A stretch of 22,690 bases of DNA, from IMG/VR virus record IMGVR_UViG_3300028906_000002; one strand, written 5' to 3'. The stretch's first letter is position 1. The number at the start of each line of letters is the position of its first letter. The stretch is from a virus. Lineage: Duplodnaviria; Heunggongvirae; Uroviricota; Caudoviricetes. Shown one piece after another: positions 15,112 through 22,092 of the stretch. A model generated the notes under the pieces. That model was not told the origin of the DNA. It saw only the letters and a list, made by a program, of their open reading frames with translations, and searched no databases. A program made the position numbers and the translations under genes.

Positions 15112-15236
15112 TGCAGGGATGTCCCTTCGATAGTGGTATGTTGCATTGTCAGCGATGCCATTGAACATGCAAAAACGAAGGTCAGCGCGGCGTACAAAAC
15201 CAGCAATGAGAAAAGATAAATCTTGAAATGCTTCAT
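15108..15236 (-). CDS. Small single-TM peptide, 42 aa (MKHFKIYLFSLLVLYAALTFVFACSMASLTMQHTTIEGTSLQ), not in ORF track
   Basis: Translated by hand; ATGA overlaps at both ends (15233-15236 and 15108-15111). Confidence 0.65.
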   Translation of the reverse strand: MKHFKIYLFSLLVLYAALTFVFACSMASLTMQHTTIEGTSLQ

Positions 15237-15523
15237 TTTATAGCCTCGTCCATTGCGGCTTTGTAGCCCTCGGACATGCAGTGATAGGTGCTCATATGCG
15301 CTTCGTATCGCTCAGCAGCCTTGGTCGCGGCGTCCCGCATTGCGTCGGTAGGTTCTCGCATCGCCGAGATCGCAGCACGAGCAGCATCAATGCCAAATCC
15401 GCGCTCATCGCCGTCAAGATCATCAAATGACAGCGGACCTTTGCCAGTTTGGCCATCCTCGTCCATCTGCTTGCGCCACGATGCGAAAATAGCCCGCGCC
15501 ACCCGATCAATCATTTCGCTCAT
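15233..15523 (-). CDS. Hypothetical phage protein, 96 aa (MSEMIDRVARAI...AARAAISAMREPTDAM)
   Basis: Common alphaproteobacterial phage hypothetical pattern; GGAGG 9 nt upstream of ATG 15523. Confidence 0.7.
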   Translation of the reverse strand: MSEMIDRVARAIFASWRKQMDEDGQTGKGPLSFDDLDGDERGFGIDAARAAISAMREPTDAMRDAATKAAERYEAHMSTYHCMSEGYKAAMDEAIK

Positions 15524-16220
15524 GCTGGAATGCCTCCGATATACCATGTTGATATAGATTTATTCCTTCATCAGAAAGTTCATTTCGAGCAATAGTAGAA
15601 ATTTCTTCCCATGTTTTCATAATTTTTGATGCTAGAAGTTTTCCATTTTCTTCATCTGCTGGTGGAATACTTATGCGTATATTTACTCGGCAGTTGAATT
15701 CTACTCCACCTAAGATTTGCCTTGCAGTTCTTCGTATTTCCTTAAAAAAATCAATGGACGCACGCTCTAATCCAATTGTTTTCATTCTGCTCTTGCGTGC
15801 GGTGCGTGAGACCCGGATAAGAGCTTTCCGAATTATATTTAAAACATTATCATGATCTGAGCGCGATAGTATAATATCGAAAGCATATCCATCGTGTTGG
15901 ATAATTTCATCTCCAACCTCGTAAATGGCACTCAAAAATGTTGCGGTAATGCATTCAATATTTTTTTGATCAATATCGTTCTGAATACGGTTCTTCAGCA
16001 ATTTTGCCTTGTTGTATTTTGGAGATTCAGATTGAATAGCTAAAGTTTCCATGGCCAAAGCTTCTTCGCGATCGGCGCATTGCTGGATTTCAACCTTTTT
16101 GATCAGGTCAAACCAAGATGAAGCTTTATGTTGGGAAAGCCTAATAATTGGGCGCAACGAAATTCCAACATAGAGAAGAACTCCGTCTGCATCAAAATGG
16201 CGATAGAGGTGGCAAGTCAT
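15507..16220 (-). CDS. GIY-YIG nuclease domain protein with unknown C-terminal region, 237 aa
   Basis: HLYRHFDADGVLLYVGIS..PIIRLSQH...EEALAMETLAIQSESPKYN; ATGA overlap at 16217-16220; AT-rich body. Confidence 0.8.
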   Translation of the reverse strand: MTCHLYRHFDADGVLLYVGISLRPIIRLSQHKASSWFDLIKKVEIQQCADREEALAMETLAIQSESPKYNKAKLLKNRIQNDIDQKNIECITATFLSAIYEVGDEIIQHDGYAFDIILSRSDHDNVLNIIRKALIRVSRTARKSRMKTIGLERASIDFFKEIRRTARQILGGVEFNCRVNIRISIPPADEENGKLLASKIMKTWEEISTIARNELSDEGINLYQHGISEAFQHERND

Positions 16221-16555
16221 TTCTTATTCCTTCGCCGATACCAAGTGCGGCGACTCATCCCGAGTTTTTCCCATGGTTTAGTGCGGCTCAGCGCCTTATC
16301 GGCATCGCGAGCCAGCGGACGGCCACCACGGTTTGAATTGGTTGGACCGCTTGATTCGGCGGCGGTCCTCTCGCCGTTGAGCGCTACTCGCTCCATATCC
16401 AAAAACTCTGATTTTCTCTCATGAACAGGTTGAGGTAACGGGGCGGTTACTTCATGATGGCCTCCCTTTTTGCGGACCCGATTTGAAGGCACAGGAGCAG
16501 CAAACCGCGCCTGTTTTTTTGCCTTCAATCGATTTAGATTATCCTGTTTGCTCAC
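16217..16555 (-). CDS. Basic protein with C-terminal HTH-like motif (KPWEKLGMSRRTWYRR), first gene of the leftward operon
   Basis: PWExxGxSRxTWYRR DNA-binding-type motif. Start uncertain (GTG 16555 or GTG 16603); neither has a clear SD. Confidence 0.6.
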   Translation of the reverse strand: MSKQDNLNRLKAKKQARFAAPVPSNRVRKKGGHHEVTAPLPQPVHERKSEFLDMERVALNGERTAAESSGPTNSNRGGRPLARDADKALSRTKPWEKLGMSRRTWYRRRNKK

Positions 16556-16581
16556 TGGCACTGATTGGCACAGTTTGGCAC
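16556..16581. repeat. Three TGGCAC direct repeats at exact 10-bp period
   Basis: TGGCAC at 16556-16561, 16566-16571 and 16576-16581, in the divergent region between the leftward operon and the lysis genes. Confidence 0.8.
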
Positions 16582-16649
16582 GGACCGCAAGTCCTATTTT
16601 CACGACGCTAGAAACCTGCTAGGTTGCACCAAATCCATAGGGACAACCG

Positions 16650-17300
16650 ATGAGCAATTTTGCCGATGCGCTGATCAAACTCTGGCCGCACGCTGATTCG
16701 CATGTTCCGGGACTGATTGAGGGTATGATTGCATCGGCTCCGACCGTATTCCCGAAATATGGGCTCGATTCGGACCTGACGATTGCCCACGCGATGGCCC
16801 AGTTTTCCGAAGAGTGTGGTTGCGGTGCCGAGATGCAGGAAAACATGAACTATTCGGCCGCCCGACTCCTGCAAGTCTTTCCCACCCATTTTTCACACGA
16901 TCAAGCCATTGCGATGCAGCATAATCCCCGTGCGATCGCGGATCAGGCATATGGGTCGAGAATGGGCAATCATCCCGGAACGGATGACGGCTGGAACTTT
17001 CGGGGCCAAGGATTGTCACAGGTGACCGGTAGGCAGGGTTACGCCGCACTGGCTGCAAAGACTGGTCTGGACCTTTTAACGCATCCTGAGCTGATTGTGG
17101 CCCCGGCAACCACCCTTGAATGCGGAGTGGGGGATTTCGTGCTCTGCGGCTGCCTGCCCTATGCCGAGAAGGATAGCCTGTTGGGCGTCTCATCCATGCT
17201 CAATGTCGGCCATTTCGTTGGAAATCCGAATCAGATCAACGGATATGCGATGCGAAAGAGTTGGTTGTCGCTCTGGAAGCATGCGATGGGCCTTTTATGA
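16650..17300 (+). CDS. Glycoside hydrolase family 19 (chitinase-like) endolysin, 216 aa
   Basis: IAHAMAQFSEECG (catalytic Glu retained), ENMNYSAARLLQVFP, YGSRMGN, DGWNFRGQGLSQVTGRQGY; AGGGA SD. Confidence 0.9.
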   Translation: MSNFADALIKLWPHADSHVPGLIEGMIASAPTVFPKYGLDSDLTIAHAMAQFSEECGCGAEMQENMNYSAARLLQVFPTHFSHDQAIAMQHNPRAIADQAYGSRMGNHPGTDDGWNFRGQGLSQVTGRQGYAALAAKTGLDLLTHPELIVAPATTLECGVGDFVLCGCLPYAEKDSLLGVSSMLNVGHFVGNPNQINGYAMRKSWLSLWKHAMGLL

Positions 17301-17506
17301 ACAAAGACGACACCCTCAAAGCGGTAGATGCTGCCTTTCTGGCCGGGGTGAATCGGCTGTACGAGGTGTTCGTCCAGGGATTACAGATTGGCACTACCTC
17401 GGACGTGCTGGAAGCACGATTTCAGCGCGGGTTGGCATCAAATTTGGATGCATACGGCAGGATCAGGATAGTCGTGGAAGATTATTTCAAGGGAAAAGGG
17501 AACTAG
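17297..17506 (+). CDS. Hypothetical protein, 69 aa
   Basis: ATGA overlap with the endolysin stop at 17297-17300. Confidence 0.65.
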   Translation: MNKDDTLKAVDAAFLAGVNRLYEVFVQGLQIGTTSDVLEARFQRGLASNLDAYGRIRIVVEDYFKGKGN

Positions 17507-17508
17507 AT

Positions 17509-18051
17509 ATGGCCGAACAGCAGCCGCAGCCGACTTTGACCTCCTATGTGAAGTTTCTTTTCAGCCCGACGACCTTGGCGGCTCTCCGGTATGCGCTGGC
17601 TGCCGTTGCACCTCTGGTCGCGCTATTTGGCGTCAGCGGGTTCACACCGGACCGAATCAATAGCTGGGTCTCCTATGCCCAGACATTCGGAACGGCAGCG
17701 CTGGCCATATTGGCTCTGTTGGGCATCATTGTTCCAGTGATTGTTGCTATTTTGGGCATTCTGAGCGCGACCATCAAGACGCAGATCGCCCGCGTTCGGG
17801 AGTTGGCGAATAACCCGCAGTTGGCCACCCAAGAGGCCGCAAAGGCTCTGACCGATGCAACGTCCCAATTGGCAAAATCAGGTGACGTGCAGCAATCAGC
17901 ATCGGCCGTTAATGCGCTGGTAGCCGCCACGATCGGGCTCAACAAGGTTCAGACAATCATCACCGATAAGGCCACGGCTGATGCCTCGCCGTCGCCTTCT
18001 GTTATTGCCGCAACTGATAACGTGGCACCGATCGCAAAGGTTGCGGGCTGA
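17509..18051 (+). CDS. Holin-like membrane protein, 180 aa
   Basis: Two hydrophobic segments (YALAAVAPLVALFGV; AALAILALLGIIVPVIVAILGILS) followed by an Ala-rich soluble tail; AAGGGA SD; next to the endolysin. ORF track start 17095 overlaps the endolysin. Confidence 0.6.
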   Translation: MAEQQPQPTLTSYVKFLFSPTTLAALRYALAAVAPLVALFGVSGFTPDRINSWVSYAQTFGTAALAILALLGIIVPVIVAILGILSATIKTQIARVRELANNPQLATQEAAKALTDATSQLAKSGDVQQSASAVNALVAATIGLNKVQTIITDKATADASPSPSVIAATDNVAPIAKVAG

Positions 18052-18124
18052 TACATTTCGGCAACAGCCAAGACTGCCGTTAGGGGATATGCTGCGCCCT
18101 TCAATTAAACAGGGGAATGGCAAA

Positions 18125-18835
18125 ATGAAGAATATCTCTTGCGCGTTGGCTCTCGGTGCGGCGCTGCTCGCTGGGCCTGCATTGGCGGCTGATCTGCCGA
18201 CCAAGGCGGCACCTTTTACAGGGTTTTCAGCTTATCCTACGAAATGTGGCCTCTATTACGGTGTAGGCACAATGGGATCAAGCGGATCGGTCGCCAGCCC
18301 AGTTATAGGCACACAAGTTGTGCAGGGTGCGATCGGCCTAAACGTCGGTTATACTTGTCCGGTTGGGGCAAGCGGCGGCTATTGGTTTGCTGACGGATTG
18401 GCTGCGTTCGCAAACCTCAATGGGACAACGAACGGATTCAATCCAACGGGGCCGGCTCAGTTCATGGAGCGTTTCGGGTTTGGTGCTCCCGTTAACATGA
18501 TCATGTCATTGATTCCCGGACTCAGTTCGTTGCAGAATGCAGTGCCGGCCTTGATCCCGCTTCCCGCTGGCACAAGCATTGTAACGACTAGTCCGTATAT
18601 CGCTGGCGCGTTTCACCAAGACGACACAGGCGTGAGCGTTGGGCTAGCTTCCAACAAGACGTACCTATTCTCTGGCGGGTTCCAAGTTGGTACCAAAACG
18701 AGAATTTCTAACGGCTTGGTGTTGGATAACTTCGCTGAATACACATTGCCGAGTACTGAGGTTTGCCTCGGCGTATTGCCAGGATGCGTCAAGCGAGGTG
18801 CAGAAGTGCGTGTCGGTGCTCTTCTTCAGTGGTAA
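18125..18835 (+). CDS. Outer-membrane beta-barrel protein, Omp25/Omp31/RopB-like, 236 aa
   Basis: Signal peptide ending PALA-ADLPTKA (rhizobial Omp N-terminus), amphipathic strands (GAIGLNVGY, LFSGGFQVG, LDNFAEY), C-terminal beta-signal VRVGALLQW; ATG 18125 with AGGGGA upstream. Confidence 0.7.
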   Translation: MKNISCALALGAALLAGPALAADLPTKAAPFTGFSAYPTKCGLYYGVGTMGSSGSVASPVIGTQVVQGAIGLNVGYTCPVGASGGYWFADGLAAFANLNGTTNGFNPTGPAQFMERFGFGAPVNMIMSLIPGLSSLQNAVPALIPLPAGTSIVTTSPYIAGAFHQDDTGVSVGLASNKTYLFSGGFQVGTKTRISNGLVLDNFAEYTLPSTEVCLGVLPGCVKRGAEVRVGALLQW

Positions 18836-18843
18836 TCTGATTT

Positions 18844-18871
18844 TCGGCGCGGCTCTCACGGGTCGCGCCGA
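18844..18871 (+). other. GC-rich intergenic stem-loop (12 bp including two G-U pairs, TCAC loop)
   Basis: TCGGCGCGGCTC-TCAC-GGGTCGCGCCGA; no U-tract follows on either strand, so a stabilising or processing hairpin is more likely than an intrinsic terminator. Confidence 0.6.
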
Positions 18872-18888
18872 TCTCATAGGAGGGTTCC

Positions 18889-19251
18889 GTGACCATTAGC
18901 AAATCTGCCGCAGATGGGCTGTTACGAGCAGTTGCGTTTCTCCACCCTGGATATGCACCTCTGATTGATTTCCTGGAGGCTCATGAGGACGCATTGGTTG
19001 CGGCTGGTCCTGTCATCAATGAAGCGGCCAAGGAAGGTCCTGGTGCCCTTGCTGCCGCTGAGACGGCCGCTCCCGGCCTTACCCAAGCAATCAAGCATTT
19101 CATCGAATCCTCGCCAGTTGCGACTTATCAGCCAAAATTGGCGACAATGCATGCTGAGAACATTACTCGGCGGATTGTCGGCGCCCCTGTATTGACCGAG
19201 GACCAAGAACACGATTTTCTGAGCGAGGACAGCCGCAGCGGGAGCGGCTAG
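18889..19251 (+). CDS. Hypothetical protein, 120 aa
   Basis: GGAGG 18879-18883 + 5 nt + GTG. Confidence 0.75.
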   Translation: MTISKSAADGLLRAVAFLHPGYAPLIDFLEAHEDALVAAGPVINEAAKEGPGALAAAETAAPGLTQAIKHFIESSPVATYQPKLATMHAENITRRIVGAPVLTEDQEHDFLSEDSRSGSG

Positions 19252-19320
19252 AGCCCAATACCACCTTGACGCGAAGCCATTTTGTTGGGCATTGTCAGGC
19301 TCTCAAGAGATGAGGGCTTT

Positions 19321-19827
19321 ATGATAAATATCAATATCCGATTCGTTCGGAACAAGAGCATTGCAGAGGGCCTGATCTCCTGGCGCGAAGGGGTATGCAT
19401 GCCATTCCCACCAACTCATTCCGAGTGCGTGACGCCGGATGGGAAATGGCTCGGGCAACACGGATTTGGCGGGATGCAAGCCCGCGAGGCTGGCTATGAC
19501 CATGACGAAGTAGACCTGATGCCGGACGGTCGTCGGTGCGAGATAATCGTACCACTGCCGGTAACCGAAGCGCAACATGACGCATTCTATGCCTATATGC
19601 ATAGTAAGATCGGTATGCCCTACGATTGGGTGTCAATTCTCGGATTCCTGGCCACCGAGCAGCATTTGCATACTGAGGGTTCGCTGGTCTGCTCGGCGAT
19701 CGTTGCCGCCGGCCTTCGGACTGAGGGATGCGAATATTTCAAATGGCCCATGACCAAGCCGTTTCATCAGATCGATCCGGCCACTTTGATGCTGATTCTG
19801 TCTACACACGTTGAAATTCCGCATTAG
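19321..19827 (+). CDS. Permuted papain-like amidase (YaeF/YiiX, peptidase C92-like), 168 aa
   Basis: His before Cys order: PTHSEC ... SKIGMPYDW ... LVCSAIVAAGL; ATG 19321 with GAGGG upstream; ORF track start is 19282. Confidence 0.7.
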   Translation: MININIRFVRNKSIAEGLISWREGVCMPFPPTHSECVTPDGKWLGQHGFGGMQAREAGYDHDEVDLMPDGRRCEIIVPLPVTEAQHDAFYAYMHSKIGMPYDWVSILGFLATEQHLHTEGSLVCSAIVAAGLRTEGCEYFKWPMTKPFHQIDPATLMLILSTHVEIPH

Positions 19828-19837
19828 GTGCAATCCG

Positions 19838-20164
19838 ATGTCAGATGCAGATACGCCATGGATCACTTGGGCCTATGATCTAGGCGCTGTTCCTGGCGTG
19901 TTTCTCGTCATTTCGACGATGATATATACCGTTCACGATGAAATCAACCGTGTTGCGTCTCGGTGGCTGCGCTGGACCCGCCAAGGATCATTTACCCTAA
20001 TGGCGGTGCTTCTCGTCAACGGAATGATGAGCGATGCTTCCCGGCTATCATTGGTTTTGGTTTTTTGGTCTGGAATCATGGCTCTCATCATAAATCAACT
20101 CGCGCTCCGGGAGCGGGCGAAAACCGGAGAGCAGGTCGCTCATGCAGAATCTCAACTTGATTGA
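19838..20164 (+). CDS. Membrane protein with 2-3 TM segments, 108 aa
   Basis: Hydrophobic segments; AGGTG SD; ATG 19838. Confidence 0.65.
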   Translation: MSDADTPWITWAYDLGAVPGVFLVISTMIYTVHDEINRVASRWLRWTRQGSFTLMAVLLVNGMMSDASRLSLVLVFWSGIMALIINQLALRERAKTGEQVAHAESQLD

Positions 20165-20193
20165 TACTAGAACCGACATTATGAGGGGCGAGG

Positions 20194-20406
20194 GTGGGCA
20201 GTGCAGGCTTCGATTGGCTTGGGTATCTTCGGGAAGGAAGCCCGTATGCTCTTCTGCTTGGTGCGGTTTACTGGCTGAATGCCGATCGTGTCCGGCTCTT
20301 GTCGGAATTGAAAGACCGGGACGCCAAGATAGAAGCACTGGCAGAGCGGGTTCTGACTCTGACGGCAGAAATAAAAACCTTCCTCTTCACCGAGCGCAAG
20401 GCATGA
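20194..20406 (+). CDS. Single-TM plus coiled-coil protein, 70 aa (holin/lysis accessory-like)
   Basis: PYALLLGAVYWL then LLSELKDRDAKIEALAERVL; GAGGGG + 5 nt + GTG. Confidence 0.65.
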   Translation: MGSAGFDWLGYLREGSPYALLLGAVYWLNADRVRLLSELKDRDAKIEALAERVLTLTAEIKTFLFTERKA

Positions 20407-20666
20407 CGATCAGTTGGCTCAGGCGTTTGTTTGGACATAGAGAACCTTCCCATGCGGATTCCGTCTTTGGTACCGCAATGCGAGAGAGTGGCGAACTCAT
20501 CAATAACATGCGAGAGGCCTCTAATTCGACTGATGTTTTTCGTGCCATGATGGCGGATATCTGGGCACAGCATCGCAACGTTCCTTTTATGACAACCGTC
20601 TACGAATCGGTGCAGGAAATTAAATCAGGAACGGACCAGCAAGATGGCCATAACCAGGGTTCTTGA
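20403..20666 (+). CDS. Hypothetical protein, 87 aa (MTISWLRRLFG...)
   Basis: ATGA overlap at 20403-20406; ORF track start is 20142. Confidence 0.65.
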   Translation: MTISWLRRLFGHREPSHADSVFGTAMRESGELINNMREASNSTDVFRAMMADIWAQHRNVPFMTTVYESVQEIKSGTDQQDGHNQGS

Positions 20667-21045
20667 AATCCTCAACGGGGCGGCACTACTGCCGGTCATG
20701 ATCTGCCTTTTCTTGCTGGGGTTTTATATTTCTCGGGAAGCGGTCCGTCGCGGACTTCACGCGCTTGATTGGTGGCATTTGCCGCCCAGCATGAGCCTGG
20801 CGCTCGCAATGTTCATTTTCGTATTATTTGTGGGAATGAGGTATCTGGCAACGGTGGTTTTCTATTCGAACGGACAGCGTGTTGCGCCCTTGGCGGTGCT
20901 GTTCGGATTTGCAATTGTCGGGATGATTATTGGTTTGCTGTGTACAATCAAGGCGATTACCGAGCCGGATTATGGCAAATTGCCATGGATGGCATCGACG
21001 ATGGCGACGATATGCTTCGTGGCTATATTATTTTTTATGGGCTGA
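20644..21045 (+). CDS. Four-TM membrane protein, 133 aa
   Basis: Four hydrophobic stretches of about 20 aa. Confidence 0.75.
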   Translation: MAITRVLEILNGAALLPVMICLFLLGFYISREAVRRGLHALDWWHLPPSMSLALAMFIFVLFVGMRYLATVVFYSNGQRVAPLAVLFGFAIVGMIIGLLCTIKAITEPDYGKLPWMASTMATICFVAILFFMG

Positions 21046-21049
21046 CCAA

Positions 21050-21235
21050 ATGACCTTGGCCGAAAAATGTGCAGTAGCGGCCTTATATGGCGACGTAACC
21101 CGTGAAGCACGCGATCGGCTGCTATCGTTCGCCGAGGTGCCCGAATCAGGCGTTCTGATCGGCGGTGCGCTTTCCGGTAAGTTCCAAGACGGAAGACTTG
21201 CGATTCGGGTGAAGCCGTCACTTTTGGACAACTGA
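21050..21235 (+). CDS. Hypothetical protein, 61 aa
   Basis: ATG 4 nt after the previous stop; weak SD; fills the gap. Confidence 0.45.
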   Translation: MTLAEKCAVAALYGDVTREARDRLLSFAEVPESGVLIGGALSGKFQDGRLAIRVKPSLLDN

Positions 21236-21253
21236 GAAGGTTCACGGTATTGT

Positions 21254-21281
21254 GCTGATCTCGCCGGGATGGGGGATCAGC
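21254..21281 (+). promoter_or_regulatory. Hairpin covering the SD of the next gene
   Basis: GCTGATC (21254-21260) pairs with GATCAGC (21275-21281), extendable inward over GGGGGA (21271-21276); GTG start at 21283. Confidence 0.4.
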
Positions 21282-21282
21282 G

Positions 21283-21876
21283 GTGGCAAATCAAAAATTA
21301 GATCAAGAAGCAATTGATCGCTCTGTAAGCAACGCGGCGGTTGTCATCAATGCCCGCATAGACGGCATGGCGCTTGCTGTTCAGGTTTTTCAAGCGGATT
21401 TGACCCGTGTTCCTACAGCTATGGATAGAGCTGTTCTCAGCCTGAGAGAATTGCTGGAATCTCAGTTGGAGCAATTATCTGCAGTTACGCGTGAACGCTT
21501 TGCGGGTGTTGCGGCGCAGTTTTCTGAACGAGATACTCGTACTGATCAGCGCGCTGGAGATACCAAACTAGCAGTAGATGCAGCATTTGCTGCCGCGAAA
21601 GAAGCTACCGCGAAAATTGAGGACGGTTTCCGGCGCCAGATCGATGCTATGACCGTCAATATCGATACTAAGACGGCAAACCTTGCTGGCGGTCTTGGCG
21701 ATCTTAAGGAAAGACTTACGGTTATTGAGGCTCGCACCCAAGGAATCAGCGCTGCCAACCAAGATAATCGCCATGCAACCGTTGATAATCGAGGACTGAT
21801 GTTCGGAATCTTCGGTGCCATCATGGCAATGGCGGCTGTTATGATATCTGCAGCGGCATTTCTCCATGGTCACTGA
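21283..21876 (+). CDS. Coiled-coil protein with C-terminal TM helix, 197 aa
   Basis: Long helical region (AVDAAFAAAKEATAKIE) and terminal GLMFGIFGAIMAMAAVMISAAAFL. Confidence 0.75.
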   Translation: MANQKLDQEAIDRSVSNAAVVINARIDGMALAVQVFQADLTRVPTAMDRAVLSLRELLESQLEQLSAVTRERFAGVAAQFSERDTRTDQRAGDTKLAVDAAFAAAKEATAKIEDGFRRQIDAMTVNIDTKTANLAGGLGDLKERLTVIEARTQGISAANQDNRHATVDNRGLMFGIFGAIMAMAAVMISAAAFLHGH

Positions 21877-21877
21877 G

Positions 21878-22084
21878 ATGTCGCGCCGTGTTTCGCAATC
21901 GATCGATGTCCATTGTGAGGCCGACCAGGACATGCCGAGCGGAGTGACAAACTGCTTTCTAACGGTGCATCCAGGATCATCGTTCAAGGAATATGTTCTT
22001 ACTGCGCTGCGAAGGAGCACCGTTGATCTAGAGCACGGCGCATACTATCGGGTAACGTTCCAGAAGATCGATCCGCCGAAATAG
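21878..22084 (+). CDS. Hypothetical protein, 68 aa
   Basis: ATG 1 nt after the previous stop; ORF track start is 21866. Confidence 0.55.
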   Translation: MSRRVSQSIDVHCEADQDMPSGVTNCFLTVHPGSSFKEYVLTALRRSTVDLEHGAYYRVTFQKIDPPK

Positions 22085-22092
22085 GTGAAAAG

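Noticed and set aside
15108-15236. Lipoprotein (Cor/Rz1-like) call from VFAC
   Set aside because: Phe at -2 does not fit the usual lipobox and the mature part would be only 19 aa.
16556-16590. Sigma-54 promoter suggested by TGGCAC
   Set aside because: None of the three copies has GC at the required GG-N10-GC spacing; the second copy is off by one base.
16675-17193. 172-aa minus-strand ORF
   Set aside because: Antisense to the GH19 endolysin; Arg/Pro-rich shadow composition.
17095-17508. 5' extension of the 318-aa ORF
   Set aside because: Overlaps the endolysin and the 17297 gene; ATG 17509 has a good SD and begins the membrane-protein sequence.
17981-18124. 5' extension of the outer-membrane protein ORF
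   Set aside because: Overlaps the holin-like gene; the signal peptide starts at ATG 18125.
18844-18871. Rho-independent terminator after the outer-membrane protein gene
   Set aside because: Strong stem but no U-tract after it on either strand; kept only as a stem-loop.
19266-19295. Internal sigma-70 promoter TTGACG-N18-CATTGT before the amidase gene
   Set aside because: Good -35 but weak -10 and long spacer; cannot be supported without TSS data.
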